Below, piece by piece: positions 24,402 through 35,500 of a stretch of DNA of 64,000 nucleotides. The DNA comes from Takakia lepidozioides (Eukaryota; Plantae; Bryophyta): assembly GCA_030704615.1 (NCBI GenBank), contig CM060733.1, positions 66,216,001 through 66,280,000 on the forward strand. Direction: 5' to 3'. The notes below the pieces were generated by a model that saw nothing but the letters and a program-made list of their open reading frames with translations, searched no databases and had not been told where the DNA came from. Numbering within the stretch: position 1 is the stretch's first letter; each line of letters begins with the position of its first letter. Made by a program: the position numbers and the translations under genes.

Positions 24402-27400
24402 TTTGTATTTGATGAACAAACTCTTAGCTTCTTCAAAGAATTCTGGCTCCAAATCAGCTCCTACCTTCACCATCCTCGGTTCCTCTTTAGTTCCCACATT
24501 CACTTCCCTCACCTGCTCATCAGCTGTGATTGTCCAACCAGTCACCACTTCATCCTGTAAACTCACAGTGGTTGGTTCCTCTAGGATTTCCATTTCTCCT
24601 TCTCTTTCTTCATAGAAATGTGATGGGTAACTGCTGGTTTCCTCTTCAATTGGTGTTGCTGACACTACACCACAGCAGATACCCCTTAAACAACTTAGGC
24701 CTTCCAGCCGCATCTCTGCAACCTGCTCCCACTCTGGGTGTGCAGCAAACAGGGTAGCTTCCTGCTCCTCATCCAGTCCTCCTCTCCAGTCATACTCTCT
24801 GACTCCTTGAGGTCTTCTTGTAGCAGGTAATCTACTAGATTTCTTTGTGGTAATTTGTATCTCGTGCATCCCATTATGCACGGTTAGTAACTGAGAATTC
24901 CAGTCATGGAATACCCTGGCCTGTTTCAGCCACGGACGTCCCAATAATAAGGAGTAAGCCTCCATGACTTCATCCATCTTTAACACAGTTACTGTGATCA
25001 TAAAGATCATCTTCTGTATCTGTATCTTAACTCCTCTTATTAATCCCAATGGATGTACACTTCTTTGATCTGCCATTGTTATTGTAAATGGGGCTGGTTT
25101 CATGTTACTTAGACCAAGCTTCTTCCTTAATTGGTCTGTCATGATATTTACTCCGGAGCCTCCATCTATCAGTACATCAGTTAGTTCTGTGCTTCCAATT
25201 CTCAATTGGATTACTGGCATAGAATCATCAAAGTCCATGACTGTTTCTCGCCCCTCCGGCTTCACATTATAACTGGTCACCTTGCTGTTCAGGTCTGTGT
25301 TTCCTGTCTCTTGGGCAATTCGATTGATTGCTTGATACAGCCTGTGTCTACAATAAGGTGCCACAGCCAATAGCTGTCCAATGGTAATCTCTGTTTTGGT
25401 CTGGCATATTACTTCAGCCAAAGTCCCTTCATTACTTTGCATGTCTGCAGCTTCTTTCTTCCTTTCATCCTCACTCACTTCTTCTTCTCCATCAGAATCA
25501 GAGGAATCTGCCACAGGAATATCAGTACTCTTCTGCATTTCCCTTATGGTATCTGCCACTTCCTTGTGCAGTTCCTTCTCATCTCTCCAAGCCTCATCAT
25601 CTTCAGGCATATCACTGCCACCTTCATTATCATCATCTTCCTCAACTACAGGAGGTATTAGTTTGGCTTTGCTTCTTGTTACTATCATTGTACTTACTTC
25701 TGGTACAACACATGGCCTAACCATGTGAGCTGCCACTACTGGGCCCTCATTCACAGGAGCTCTCATCTCATTCTGGTGTCTAATCCAGAATGAACAGGCT
25801 GCCTTGCGATGTCCTGGCTGATTACAATAGTAACATAGTTCTTCACCATTGGGTCCTCGCCCTTGGTCTGCTCTTGGATTATTTCTGTAATCCTGATTCC
25901 CGGGCTGGTAATTCCCCCTTGGATTACCCTGATAGTTGCCTCTGGAATTTCCTTGGTAATTCCCTCTTGAATTACCTCTCCCTTCCATGCCATTGTTATA
26001 ACCACCAGACGTACCATAGTGGTCCTGATCATTGTTTCTTCTTGGCTGGGGCTGCACCTGATGCACCCTTACTTGCCTAGGTTCTCTTGCAACTGTCCTT
26101 CTGTTGTAGTAACAATTCTCAGTAGAATGGTTATCCATTTTACAGATAGTACAGTGTTTCTCGTTCATGTGGCATTCTGTGGTGGTATGGCCTTCATTCT
26201 GGCACTTTGCACACCATACACCCTTCCTCCAATGTGTTACAGCCTCTGTGGCATACTTCTTCAAGATTTCTTCTAATCTTTTCTCATAGTTATCCCTCTT
26301 CAACTTCTCCTTTCTCTTACTCTTCCTTTTTAGTTCGTGCTCTTCTTCTTCATCTGACTCATCCTCAGAGTCCTCATCATCCCTTTTCTCTCTCCTGAGC
26401 ATTCCCAATTGCTCAATTCTGTTTGCAGTTTCAAATGCCTCCTCCACTGTATTATGGGGTAACATATCCACTTTCTTCTGCAGCTCTGGCCTTAGTCCAC
26501 TCACAAACCAAGTCTTCTGTAAACCTGGTGCTGGTACAGCCGCCAACTTTTTCATCATGAATTCCATCTTTTCCATATACTCCTCAACAGTTTCATGCTT
26601 CTTTTGCTTTAATTGTTGTAAACTTCCATACACTTCATCCTCAGTTTTACTTGTCCTGGACCTATTTCGGAATGTTGTATTCAAGCTGACAGGTGCTGGC
26701 ACCCTTGCTGGTGCTGGTCCTTCAGGACCTGTTGTTGTTGTGGTGGATCTTCCACCAAGTGGTGGCCCTTGAGCACTCCCTGCTACTGGCCCCACGATAT
26801 TCACAGTATTCCCAGCTCCAGTTGCACTACTTCCCACACTCCCTGTCCCCCTAGAGCCAGATCCAAGCAGCCCGCCTAATCCCCCTGAGCCGACACCTTC
26901 GTTGGCCTGTGATCCAAGTGCTCCACTTGATCCAGGTCCAACGGGTTGGGATGTCTTGGTTGTAGTCTCAACCTCAGCTGTTGGGTCTACTTCTTCATAC
27001 TCTTCCTCTTCCAATTTCTTCTCTCTATTTTCATCCTCCAAGTTCTGCCCTTGGGTTTCTTCTTCACTCATGTAACTCAACTGCAATGGTGTTGGAGAGT
27101 CTGAACTCTCCGATGGCTCTGCCACATCCTCTCCTCCTTCTTCACCTTCCGCCTTAGAAACTGGAGTTCCTGCTTTTGGTGTTCCATGCCAACTCTTATC
27201 AAAGATTTCTGTCAAATCTTTTATCCAGGGATGTACCTCAGATCTTTTACCTCGTGATTGATCTTCTTCCCGTACCAATTCCCTTAATCTTTCTTGCAAA
27301 GAAAAAGAAGGAGTGGCATCCAACTCTAGTTCTTCCGGTATGGGTGATGTACTCTCTGATCTTAATGGTGTGAGAGGTCTAGATGATTCCCCTATGTCTA

Positions 27401-27494
27401 TTCCTCTCTCCCAAAGATATGGATAATTAGCTTTCAGATAGCTTTCTCTTTTTGCTGAATATCTCTGGCGTCTAGCTTCTCTTTCATCATTCAT
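24402..27494 (-). CDS. gag: gag-protease ORF of the gypsy element, with an internal in-frame deletion in the capsid domain
   Basis: LQQLKQKKHETVEEY; WFVSGLRPEL; three CCHC knuckles; protease VLIDGGSGVNIM and LLLGRPWL. Lacks the PPFP...MRLFPCSL...W segment present in the 54579-55199 paralogue. Confidence 0.9.
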
Positions 27495-27515
27495 GTCCCA
27501 TGTCTTTCATTTCTT

Positions 27516-28211
27516 TTAATGTGGCAATAACCAAAACTCTCTTATGTAATATCTCTCGTATATGCCTGGGTTTCTTTCAAGCTTCAATGCACCCTTGGCT
27601 ATACTTGAAGTCTCCGTTACCATATAACCATATGGCAAACAAGTCTGGAAAGCTGTTCTTGGTGTGAGTTTGATCCACAAAATATCCTTTGGAATCCAAT
27701 TCTTTACCAGTACAAGCTCTTCATGCATATGAGTATAAACATTCACCTTTCTTTCCTCCCAGCCTTCAAACTCTACTCGCTTAATGGATAGCAATGCTAT
27801 CACATAAACCAGTGTTGGTAACCAACGTGCTCTTCCTCTGAAGGCCACCTGATAAATCTTTATCACTCCTTTCTCTAGACCCCACTCAGGATCAGCATCA
27901 TGCACTCTCTTAAGAATGTTTTCCTTACAACCGTCTGGCAATTCCAAGAACCTCTGAAAGAATCGTTTGGACAATCTTTCCTTCTCAGTTTCACAAGGAA
28001 TTTGATTCACATCAAATTCTTTAATTCTCCAACCACCATGATCCCACCAGATGCCTGTCACATCTGGTTGTTCATGACCCAGTTCCCCAGTATGGTCGCC
28101 AAATGTCGCGCGGCTTTTACTCACCCATCCCTTCGCTATCCGAGGCGGAAACTCCAAGATAGAAGAGTTGGAAATCTCTAAGCACTCAGCCCGCTCAGAA
28201 CAATCAGTCAT
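27516..28211 (-). CDS. Extra 5' ORF upstream of gag, unknown function
   Basis: 231-aa open frame crossing U5/PBS; homologues at 56182-56748 and 44363-44713. Confidence 0.65.
   Translation of the reverse strand: MTDCSERAECLEISNSSILEFPPRIAKGWVSKSRATFGDHTGELGHEQPDVTGIWWDHGGWRIKEFDVNQIPCETEKERLSKRFFQRFLELPDGCKENILKRVHDADPEWGLEKGVIKIYQVAFRGRARWLPTLVYVIALLSIKRVEFEGWEERKVNVYTHMHEELVLVKNWIPKDILWIKLTPRTAFQTCLPYGYMVTETSSIAKGALKLERNPGIYERYYIREFWLLPH
28084..28101 (-). other. Primer-binding site (probably tRNA-Arg type)
   Basis: TGGCGACCATACTGGGGA two bases inside the 5' LTR; identical at 44695-44712 and 56621-56638. tRNA identity is inferred from similarity to plant tRNA-Arg 3' ends. Confidence 0.8.
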
Positions 28212-29075
28212 GACCTACAGCTAGTGTATCATGGGGGAGTTTCCTATTTGTTTTCCTTCCCGCATTCATGTTAGCTAGTTACCTTATTGTTGGTAATTAA
28301 GTATCAGTTTGCTTCAGCAGTTTATCGGATTGTATCAACTCATCCATTCATTCCACAGCTTCACTCAGATCTCTCTACACAGTGTGAGTATGAAGTATGT
28401 ATCACATTAATATTTATCAAGTATCAGGCTGAAGCCATGGTATCTCTATTCTGCTCTACATTACAACTCTACTTCTTGCATTCAGCAAGTATCAACAGAT
28501 CGTTCTCCTCCTACTCCGTGCTCTCCCTCTTTCTGCTCAGAGATGCGCTCTCCGCTTCATTTCCTAGTCCTGATCCCCCCCCCCCCCAAGGTGTCCGAAG
28601 GCCTCCCCCAAGAAGTGCTCCAAGAATCCATCCTTTTCCTGTCCTTGCTCCTCCCTTTATCTTCCTACCCGTTGTTCTAACCGTTTCCCTCACTAACCGT
28701 CATCCGTGAACTAACATGTTCCATTCGCAGGTGTTGTTCCCCACAGTCGTTCCCTGTCCTGCTATCCGTTCCCTATGGTCGTGACAGCTGTGTCAAGCTG
28801 TGACTGGTTGTGTGAAACTGTGACCGGCTGTGACCGACTGTGTCTGGCTGTGACTGGCTGTGCGACTGTGTTGGGCTGTGTCGGGCTGTGACGGGCTGTG
28901 ACTGGCTGTGTGGCTATGTCGGCTGTGCGAAGCTGTGACGGGCTGTGTAACCCCCCCCCCCCCTAAAGTGCGCTGCTGTCACCCCTAAGGCTCCTGTTGG
29001 TCTCAGTCTATGCAAAAATTAAGGGTACCCCACAGATCCCATAAAAGTGTCTAAGTCCCAGACAGTCCTCTAACA
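28104..29075 (-). repeat. 5' LTR
   Basis: TGTCGCGCGGCTTTTAC...GTCCTCTAACA next to the PBS. Confidence 0.93.
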
Positions 29076-29691
29076 TGGAGTCTCATCTATTTTCCAGCAC
29101 CAGCCCATTACCAACAATTCAGGCAATGACATGGAGGAACCTACAAGATATGTGGGTCTTATAAGGGAGATTTTGCAAATTGACTATGGCCAAACACAAC
29201 CTATAGTGTTTTTGTGTTCGTGGGTACGGGCGAGTCGCGTGGGTCGTCAACCTATGTCAATGAAGCAGGATGATGCTGGCTTCACACTTGTCAATTTTAA
29301 CCGTATGCTTCCACCTTCTGAGCAACCTTTTGTGTTTCCTGGCCAGGTTGATCAAGTGTTTTTTTCTGATTGTGTGAAGGAGCCGGGGTGGAAAGTCGTC
29401 CTGGAGAAGAGCCCCCGAGCACGTAGAGTGGTCTGCGACATATCAATTGATAATGATGATGTGGCGGAAGTGGAAGGATTGTTAGTCCCACAAAGACTAG
29501 AGGAGACTGTGGTTACTGATGGCCCAACATGCAGCCGAGCGGTACCGGTTACTCCAGAGCAGGTGGCCTCCTTGTACCTCCGAGCACCCCGTATATGTGG
29601 TGATGATGTTCAGCCAACCCTTGGAGAAGATGAAGTCTGTGATGAAGACAGTGATAGTGACCCAGACATAGATGAGGATGATGAAGATTAG
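29076..29691 (+). pseudogene. CACTA TnpD C-terminus (DUF4216-like), continuation of 10730-12973
   Basis: GVSSIFQ...YVGLIREILQIDYG...VFLCSWV...DDAGFTLVNF...EQPFVFPGQVDQVFF...GWKVVL, acidic tail, stop. Confidence 0.9.
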
Positions 29692-29789
29692 ATATGCGCG
29701 ATTTGTGCACTCCAGTTATAGACCATGCATGATAGTTTAAGGTGGTAACACTCCCTTTGCATTCCCATTAAGATATCATGCTTGGACAC

Positions 29790-30560
29790 TGGATTTTATG
29801 ATCAATTATGGAGTGCTTTCCTTTCAGCACCCTTTATTCATTTGTTGTTGCAATTGGTTTTGGACCAACCCGTGCTGGTACCATTGCCATGGGTTCTGCC
29901 TGCAATGTTTTCTTGCCATGGATTCGGCACATGCCACGAAAGGCCATCCAGACCATCCTCTGGAAATGCTCCAATGTTGTTTCAAACATCTCCACATTGC
30001 AATGGATACAACACTGACATTAGATGAGTGAAAATGAGACTAGACCTCCAGCCAGCCGGCTTTCCCACATCAAATTGAAGGGGATCTGTAGATTATAGAT
30101 AACGGCTGTTGCCTTCTTAATGTCTTTTCCAATGACCTCTGCAATGAACTGGGGTATAAGATCCTTCAAATCACAAGTTTGAGCATCACGCACAAGCCAC
30201 TTACGGGGATAGAGTTTCCAATGCGAACCATTGGTCTTTTATTGATAGCATTGTTGTAAAATACATGGACCAACATGGTCAATTTCGGGAATGACATATA
30301 GTACGCTTTCATGTACTATGTAAGCATGCAACTATGTACCAGTGACGTGGCTTATTCGCCACTTAACCTGTTTGCCCATTCAGCCAGCTCCACATTGTCA
30401 TGGATTTTGCATGCTGGATTGTGAGGCCATCCACACCGTCCTCTGGAAATGCTATCATGGGGTTTCAGCTATGTCCACATTTCCCTGGATTATGCCTGCA
30501 CGAAGCAAGGCCAACTGCATTCAGCACCCTCCACTTTATTATAGTATTGCAGCAACATTC
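29790..30560 (-). pseudogene. PPR E-domain remnants (two decayed copies)
   Basis: Minus strand VWMAFRGMCRIHG (29915-29960) and LRAG...VWMA...CKIHDNVELAEWA (30370-30510), matching the E1 consensus W.ALL.ACRIHGNVELAE. Confidence 0.6.
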
Positions 30561-31014
30561 AAAGCACTTCAATTTGTATCCAGCGAAAACATCTAGGCTG
30601 GAAAAAGACATTGTTGCAGCAGAACTTAGGAAAGTACTTCTCCCCTTCCACTACACACGTGAAATGAAAGAAGCCAACCAACAGCATACCAGCCAAGAAA
30701 ATATGAAACCAGCCAAGAAAAGAGCCAATATATGCAGTGAAGGTCGACACTAAATGAAACTTATCCAACACTTACATTAGAGGAGGGAAGCTAAGTCTTA
30801 CCTCCATAAGCTTGCCCACATCAAATTTGGGAGCTTTCAGAATTTCTCCTTTCCGGTTGAATGAACTTGGCTACAAGATCCTTCAAATCGCAAGTTTGAG
30901 CTTCCAATGCGAACCAAGAGTCTTATATTGATAGCATTGTTGTAAAACACATGGACCAACAATGACAGTCTCTGGAATGACATATAGTACAGTAATGACA
31001 TATAGTACAACATG

Positions 31015-31500
31015 CCGCTTCCAGTTGACCATCTACCCATGTAGGTTTCTTGTACTTATTCTTCCACAGGGAATCATAGGTAATGTGGAGCTTGAAATCC
31101 AGCCCTCTTGGATGAATGTGGACCCACACTCTATCCCTGCTCCTTCACCTATCCATGCCTCTGACAGCCTACAATTCTACCAGCAAACACCCCAACCATA
31201 CTGGTGTGGAGTTCTTCCCCAAAACACCCCAACCCTACTTATCACAATCTGAAATGCATCTGCTTCTCTCTGTAGTCCAACAGGCATTCGCCTTTTTGTC
31301 TCCATTGTCCCACCATTGGGGTCGGAAAGTGTTCACCCCAAAGCTTCTCCTCACCTCTATTATATGTTTTTGGATACTTCCCTGCTGCCACACTGGCAGT
31401 AACTTGCCAAAGTCACTCCAAACCACCACAGATGTACCCAACGACCTAACTTACAGAATTCAATATGCATCTTGCGGCCGAGTCTGATGAGAGGGCAACA
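31015..31500. repeat. Dispersed repeat shared with ~50835-51350
   Basis: CCAGTTGACCATCTACCCATG...GGAGCTTGAA...CCCACACTCTATCCCTGCTCCTTCA...AAAGTCACTCCAAAC in both places. 30160-30300 is also duplicated at 30877-31005. Confidence 0.75.
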
Positions 31501-31608
31501 CAGGCTGAAATAGGTTGAAGAAGAAGGTTCCCTACCACATTGTCCTTGACCTGTCCTGACCCATGGAGGATTTGACCGATCTGACATGGCATTACTATAC
31601 TTCGAATT

Positions 31609-32390
31609 TGAAATGCAGCGCCGCATTTCCATATTCGACCTTGAACTGTCCAAGCATGTCTAGTCGCTAATGCTTGTCCATGTCCATACTTGAAATGCGC
31701 CACCGCATTTCCATGTCCGTCATCGAAATTTCGTACCGGACAATGAAATGCGGCACAACATTTCCGGAGAGCACAATGGAATGCGGTGCCGCATTTCCGT
31801 CCATCAAGACGGAATGCCCACACGGGTCTGGAATTGGACAAACAACGATGTCTGTTTTGGAAATGCGGCGCCGCATTTCCCATGTTGGGCAATTGAAAGT
31901 TTTTATAGGACGATGGAATACGGTGCCGCATTTCCGTCAAAGGGTCTGGAATTGGGCAAACAACGATGTCCGTTTTGGAAATGCGGCGCCGCATTTCCAT
32001 GTACGTCATCGAAATTTCTTATTGGACAATGGAATGCGGTGCCGCATTCCCGTCTAGCATCATGGAATTGGGAGCCCAAGAACGTCGATGGGTCTGCAGT
32101 TGGAAAAATGTCCATCTCCAAAAGGTAAATGCGGCACCGCATTTCCATGTTCGACCTCCGCATTTCGATTTACATCCATGGAAGGAGCTGGCAATCGGCA
32201 AAACTGTCGTGTCGGAAACGGAAATGCGGCACCGCATTTCCGTTTGTCCAAACAGTTTCTGATGTCCAAACCATGAAACGGAAAATTGTTCTTGCGCCGG
32301 TTTTGGAAATGCGGTGTCGCATTTCCAAACGAGGTTTTTGCAATTCCCACATTTCCGTTCAGACATTGAAATGCGGTGCCGCATTTCAGA
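31609..32390. repeat. Array of 12 copies of the palindrome GGAAATGCGGYRCCGCATTTCC
   Basis: Starts near 31609, 31691, 31744, 31777, 31859, 31914, 31977, 32030, 32125, 32220, 32305, 32367. Confidence 0.9.
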
Positions 32391-32524
32391 TTTTGGGAGC
32401 GACCAGGTTTGGACAATGTTGTCGTTGAGTGGCAAATGGGAGAGGGGACATGAAGGACGGGGAGAATTTCCTTTATATACTTTGGAGTAGAATTTAAATG
32501 TACAGAGAGTTCATTAAAATTCTA

Positions 32525-35500
32525 TTAATCTTGAAAATCATCACTATCGTCGTCCTGTCCTTGACTGTCCTGCTCCGCCTCCACCCCGTCGTTGCCTTTC
32601 TCATCTCTAGCGGACTGCTCGTTGGCCAGGCTTTCGAAAATCCCATCTTGACCTTGCGGAACCGACCATCTCACCTCCGTTGGCTCGTCGTCCTCCCTGT
32701 CTGCAGACAGGTATGCATAATCTTGTTGTATGCTATTCTACAAACTCTCGTTATGCTTTCATTCGCAACATCTGAAGGGCCATGTCATAATGTGTGGATG
32801 GCATTGTAACAGGTGCCTCAATGTGGGCTGGGCGGTTTTCCGACCGGCACCTCTTTGCCTACGAGGAGGACACATCCGTCTGGGGATCCCATCTGGAAAG
32901 GCTGCAACGGAATGTGAAGGCTCCCATCGAATCCAAGGACTCCTCGGATTCGTCGGAGTCGGAGGAAGAGACAGTGGACATTGATGCCGAGGAGAACCCG
33001 CAATACGAGTAAGTGCAAACATTGTAAGTTTGCAAAGCCTTCTGGGTGATTTTTTGTCAAACGCATTTCCGGACCGTGGTTCTCATTGGTCTCGTTGGTG
33101 ATTGTTATTTGCAGGATTCCAGGATGCATATTGCTTTGTGAAGGAGAACTCCACCTTTGCTTTCCGGAAAGAGGGATTGTTGGTTGACCCGAACTGCGAC
33201 CCCATCAATTACGACGTCCTGTTCAACAACGTTCCCACGGAACTTCTCCCTCATAGCCTCACTTCAACTGAACCCCTGCGGTATTCACGCATTCGGAGCC
33301 CTGCCTTCATTCAGACAATTATGGAGACATGCATTGACGTGGAGGGCACAATGCTCGACCTCATTTGTGGGACAGGTATGCATAATCTTGTTGTATGCTA
33401 TTCTGCAAACTCTCGTTATGCTTTCATTCGCAACATCTGAAGGGCCATGTCATAATGTGTGGATGGCATTGTAACAAGTGCCTCAATGTGGGCTGGGCGG
33501 TTTTCCGACCGGCACCTCTTTGCCTACGAGGAGGACACATCCGTCTAGGGATCCCATCTGGAAGGGCTGCAACGGAATGTGAAGGCTCCCATCGAAGCCA
33601 AGGACTCCTCGGATTCGTCGGAGTCGGAGGAAGAGACAGCTGAATCACATATGAACTTTCGCACCCGTCTACCTGTCTCAGCTGTTGCCAACTCTTTCCT
33701 AATTCTTCTGTCCTCCCTAGCCCTCTCCAAAATCTGCTCTACTTTACTGGGATTCTCACATCGTCTAATCGCTGTATTTGCGAGTTTAGCTGCATAACTA
33801 GGAAGGGAGTAGTCCTTCACCGGGCTCGTCATGAAGTCGGCCCTCGCAAAGAACGGGACATTCTTCTTGGCAGGAAGTGTAGGCCCTACATGTTTCAACC
33901 CAGATCCTGGAATCCTGCAAATAACAATCACCAACGAGACCAATGAGAACCACAGTCCGGAAATGCGTTTGACAAAAAATCACCCAGAAGGCTTTGCAAA
34001 CTTACAATGTTTGCACTCACTCGTATTGCGGGTTCTCCTCGGCATCAAATGAGGTCGAGCACTGTGCCCTCCATGTTAGTGCATGTCTCCATAATTGTCT
34101 GAATGAAGGCAGGGCTCCGAGTGCGTGAATACCGCAGGGGTTCAGTTGAAGTGAGGCTATGAGGGAGAAGTTACGTGGGAACGTTGTTGAACAGGACGTC
34201 GTAATTGATGGGGTCGCAGTTCGGGTCAACCAACAATCCCTCCTTCCGGAAAGCAAAGGTGGAGTTCTCCTTCACAAAGCAATATGCATCGAACTACTTC
34301 GTCTGCATACACAGTGGGGAACGATTAAAAATCGAATGCGGCACCGCATTTCAAAACTCCAAAGAAAATGAAAGGACGAGTGCCAATGTCGTAATTACCT
34401 TTTTCCCTTCCGACCGAAGGCCCATTATGTTGATGCACGTCCACTTCTTCTTCAGAATTGGGACGACGCTCTTGCGGGTCCACTTTGCAATTCCTATCTA
34501 CGTGTTTTTGCCTCTGCTCGCCAGGACAACCACATAGCCTCTGTCGTCCAACACCATGCGGGCGAGCCCGAATCCTTTCTTCCAAAAGTCCTCGAAGTAC
34601 CTGTTCCAAGATGGCAAAGCTTGCAGTCCTTCCACAGGCTCTCCGTCCGGAATATCCAAGATGATCATATCGCAAGACCACTCGGTGGCATTTCCGCCCC
34701 TCCTGCAATCCTTGTCTGCACACACCCTCTCAAAGAACGAGACCATCTTCAGAAACCCAGGGGTGTCGGAAGGCTCTTCGGCAGCCGCCTTCTTCAGTGC
34801 TCTGCCCTTCAGACCCTCCATGGTCTTCATGTATGCCAACTTGGCTGCCCGTCCATCCAAAGCCGCCAAGAATGTTTGACTGCCAACAAAAACATGCAGA
34901 AGCGTTACATTCAATTCATGTGGAAAGATTACCGGAAATTGGGGAAGGATGAGCAGAGGAAAATGGGAGGACGACTTACTTCGTATATCACCTCCACCAT
35001 TCCATCCATAGTGAGACGATACCATGTCCGGTCAGTTTTTGCCACGGCTTTCTGAATGAGCTCGGGCTCCAGCATTTCCGCGAACATGTGCGGATCAGTG
35101 AGACCAGTTTTCCTCACCCTGTACAGCATATGTGCCATGTGGGTATGCACGTACGCATTTTCAGTGACCCTGCAAGGCACAATCTCCAGTTCAGTCCACG
35201 AAAGCACGGAAACAAAACAGATTGGAAACCGAAATGCGGCACCGCATTTCGAACGTGCTTGGGAGGGTATGAGTATCTTACGAGTTGAGGTCCGCCATGG
35301 CATTCTTGAGCAGGGAGGAGTCTGCCGCCTTCACCTTGAGGATGACACACTCCACCATGTAATGCTAGCCAATGTGCTTGGCATGGTTCTGCTTGATGTA
35401 CTCCCACCAGGCGAGAAGTCGGTGATTCCCGTCCCACACAAAGAACATTTTACCCGACATATGGCCGAAGTCAGGATCACCCTTCAGTGTTGCCTCGAAT

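Larger units (their letters stand above)
12974..29075 (-). mobile_element. Ty3/gypsy LTR retrotransposon, non-chromovirus Athila-like, 16.1 kb, both LTRs present, internally damaged
   Basis: TG...CA LTRs at 12974-13911 and 28104-29075, PBS, PPT, gag-PR and RT-RH-INT order. The flanks rejoin as the CACTA reading frame SFDCG|VSSIFQH. Probable TSD tggag (right) / tgg-g (left). Confidence 0.93.

Noticed and set aside
12974-29075. Tat/Ogre classification
   Set aside because: PBS and 5' ORF are Ogre-like, but no additional RNase H domain is visible and RT has an Athila-like FLDD; left as Athila-like pending REXdb.
31360-32435. Stacks of ORFs with CGAAF / MRRRIS / NAAPH peptides (also 36885-38030)
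   Set aside because: Translations of the palindrome in all six frames.
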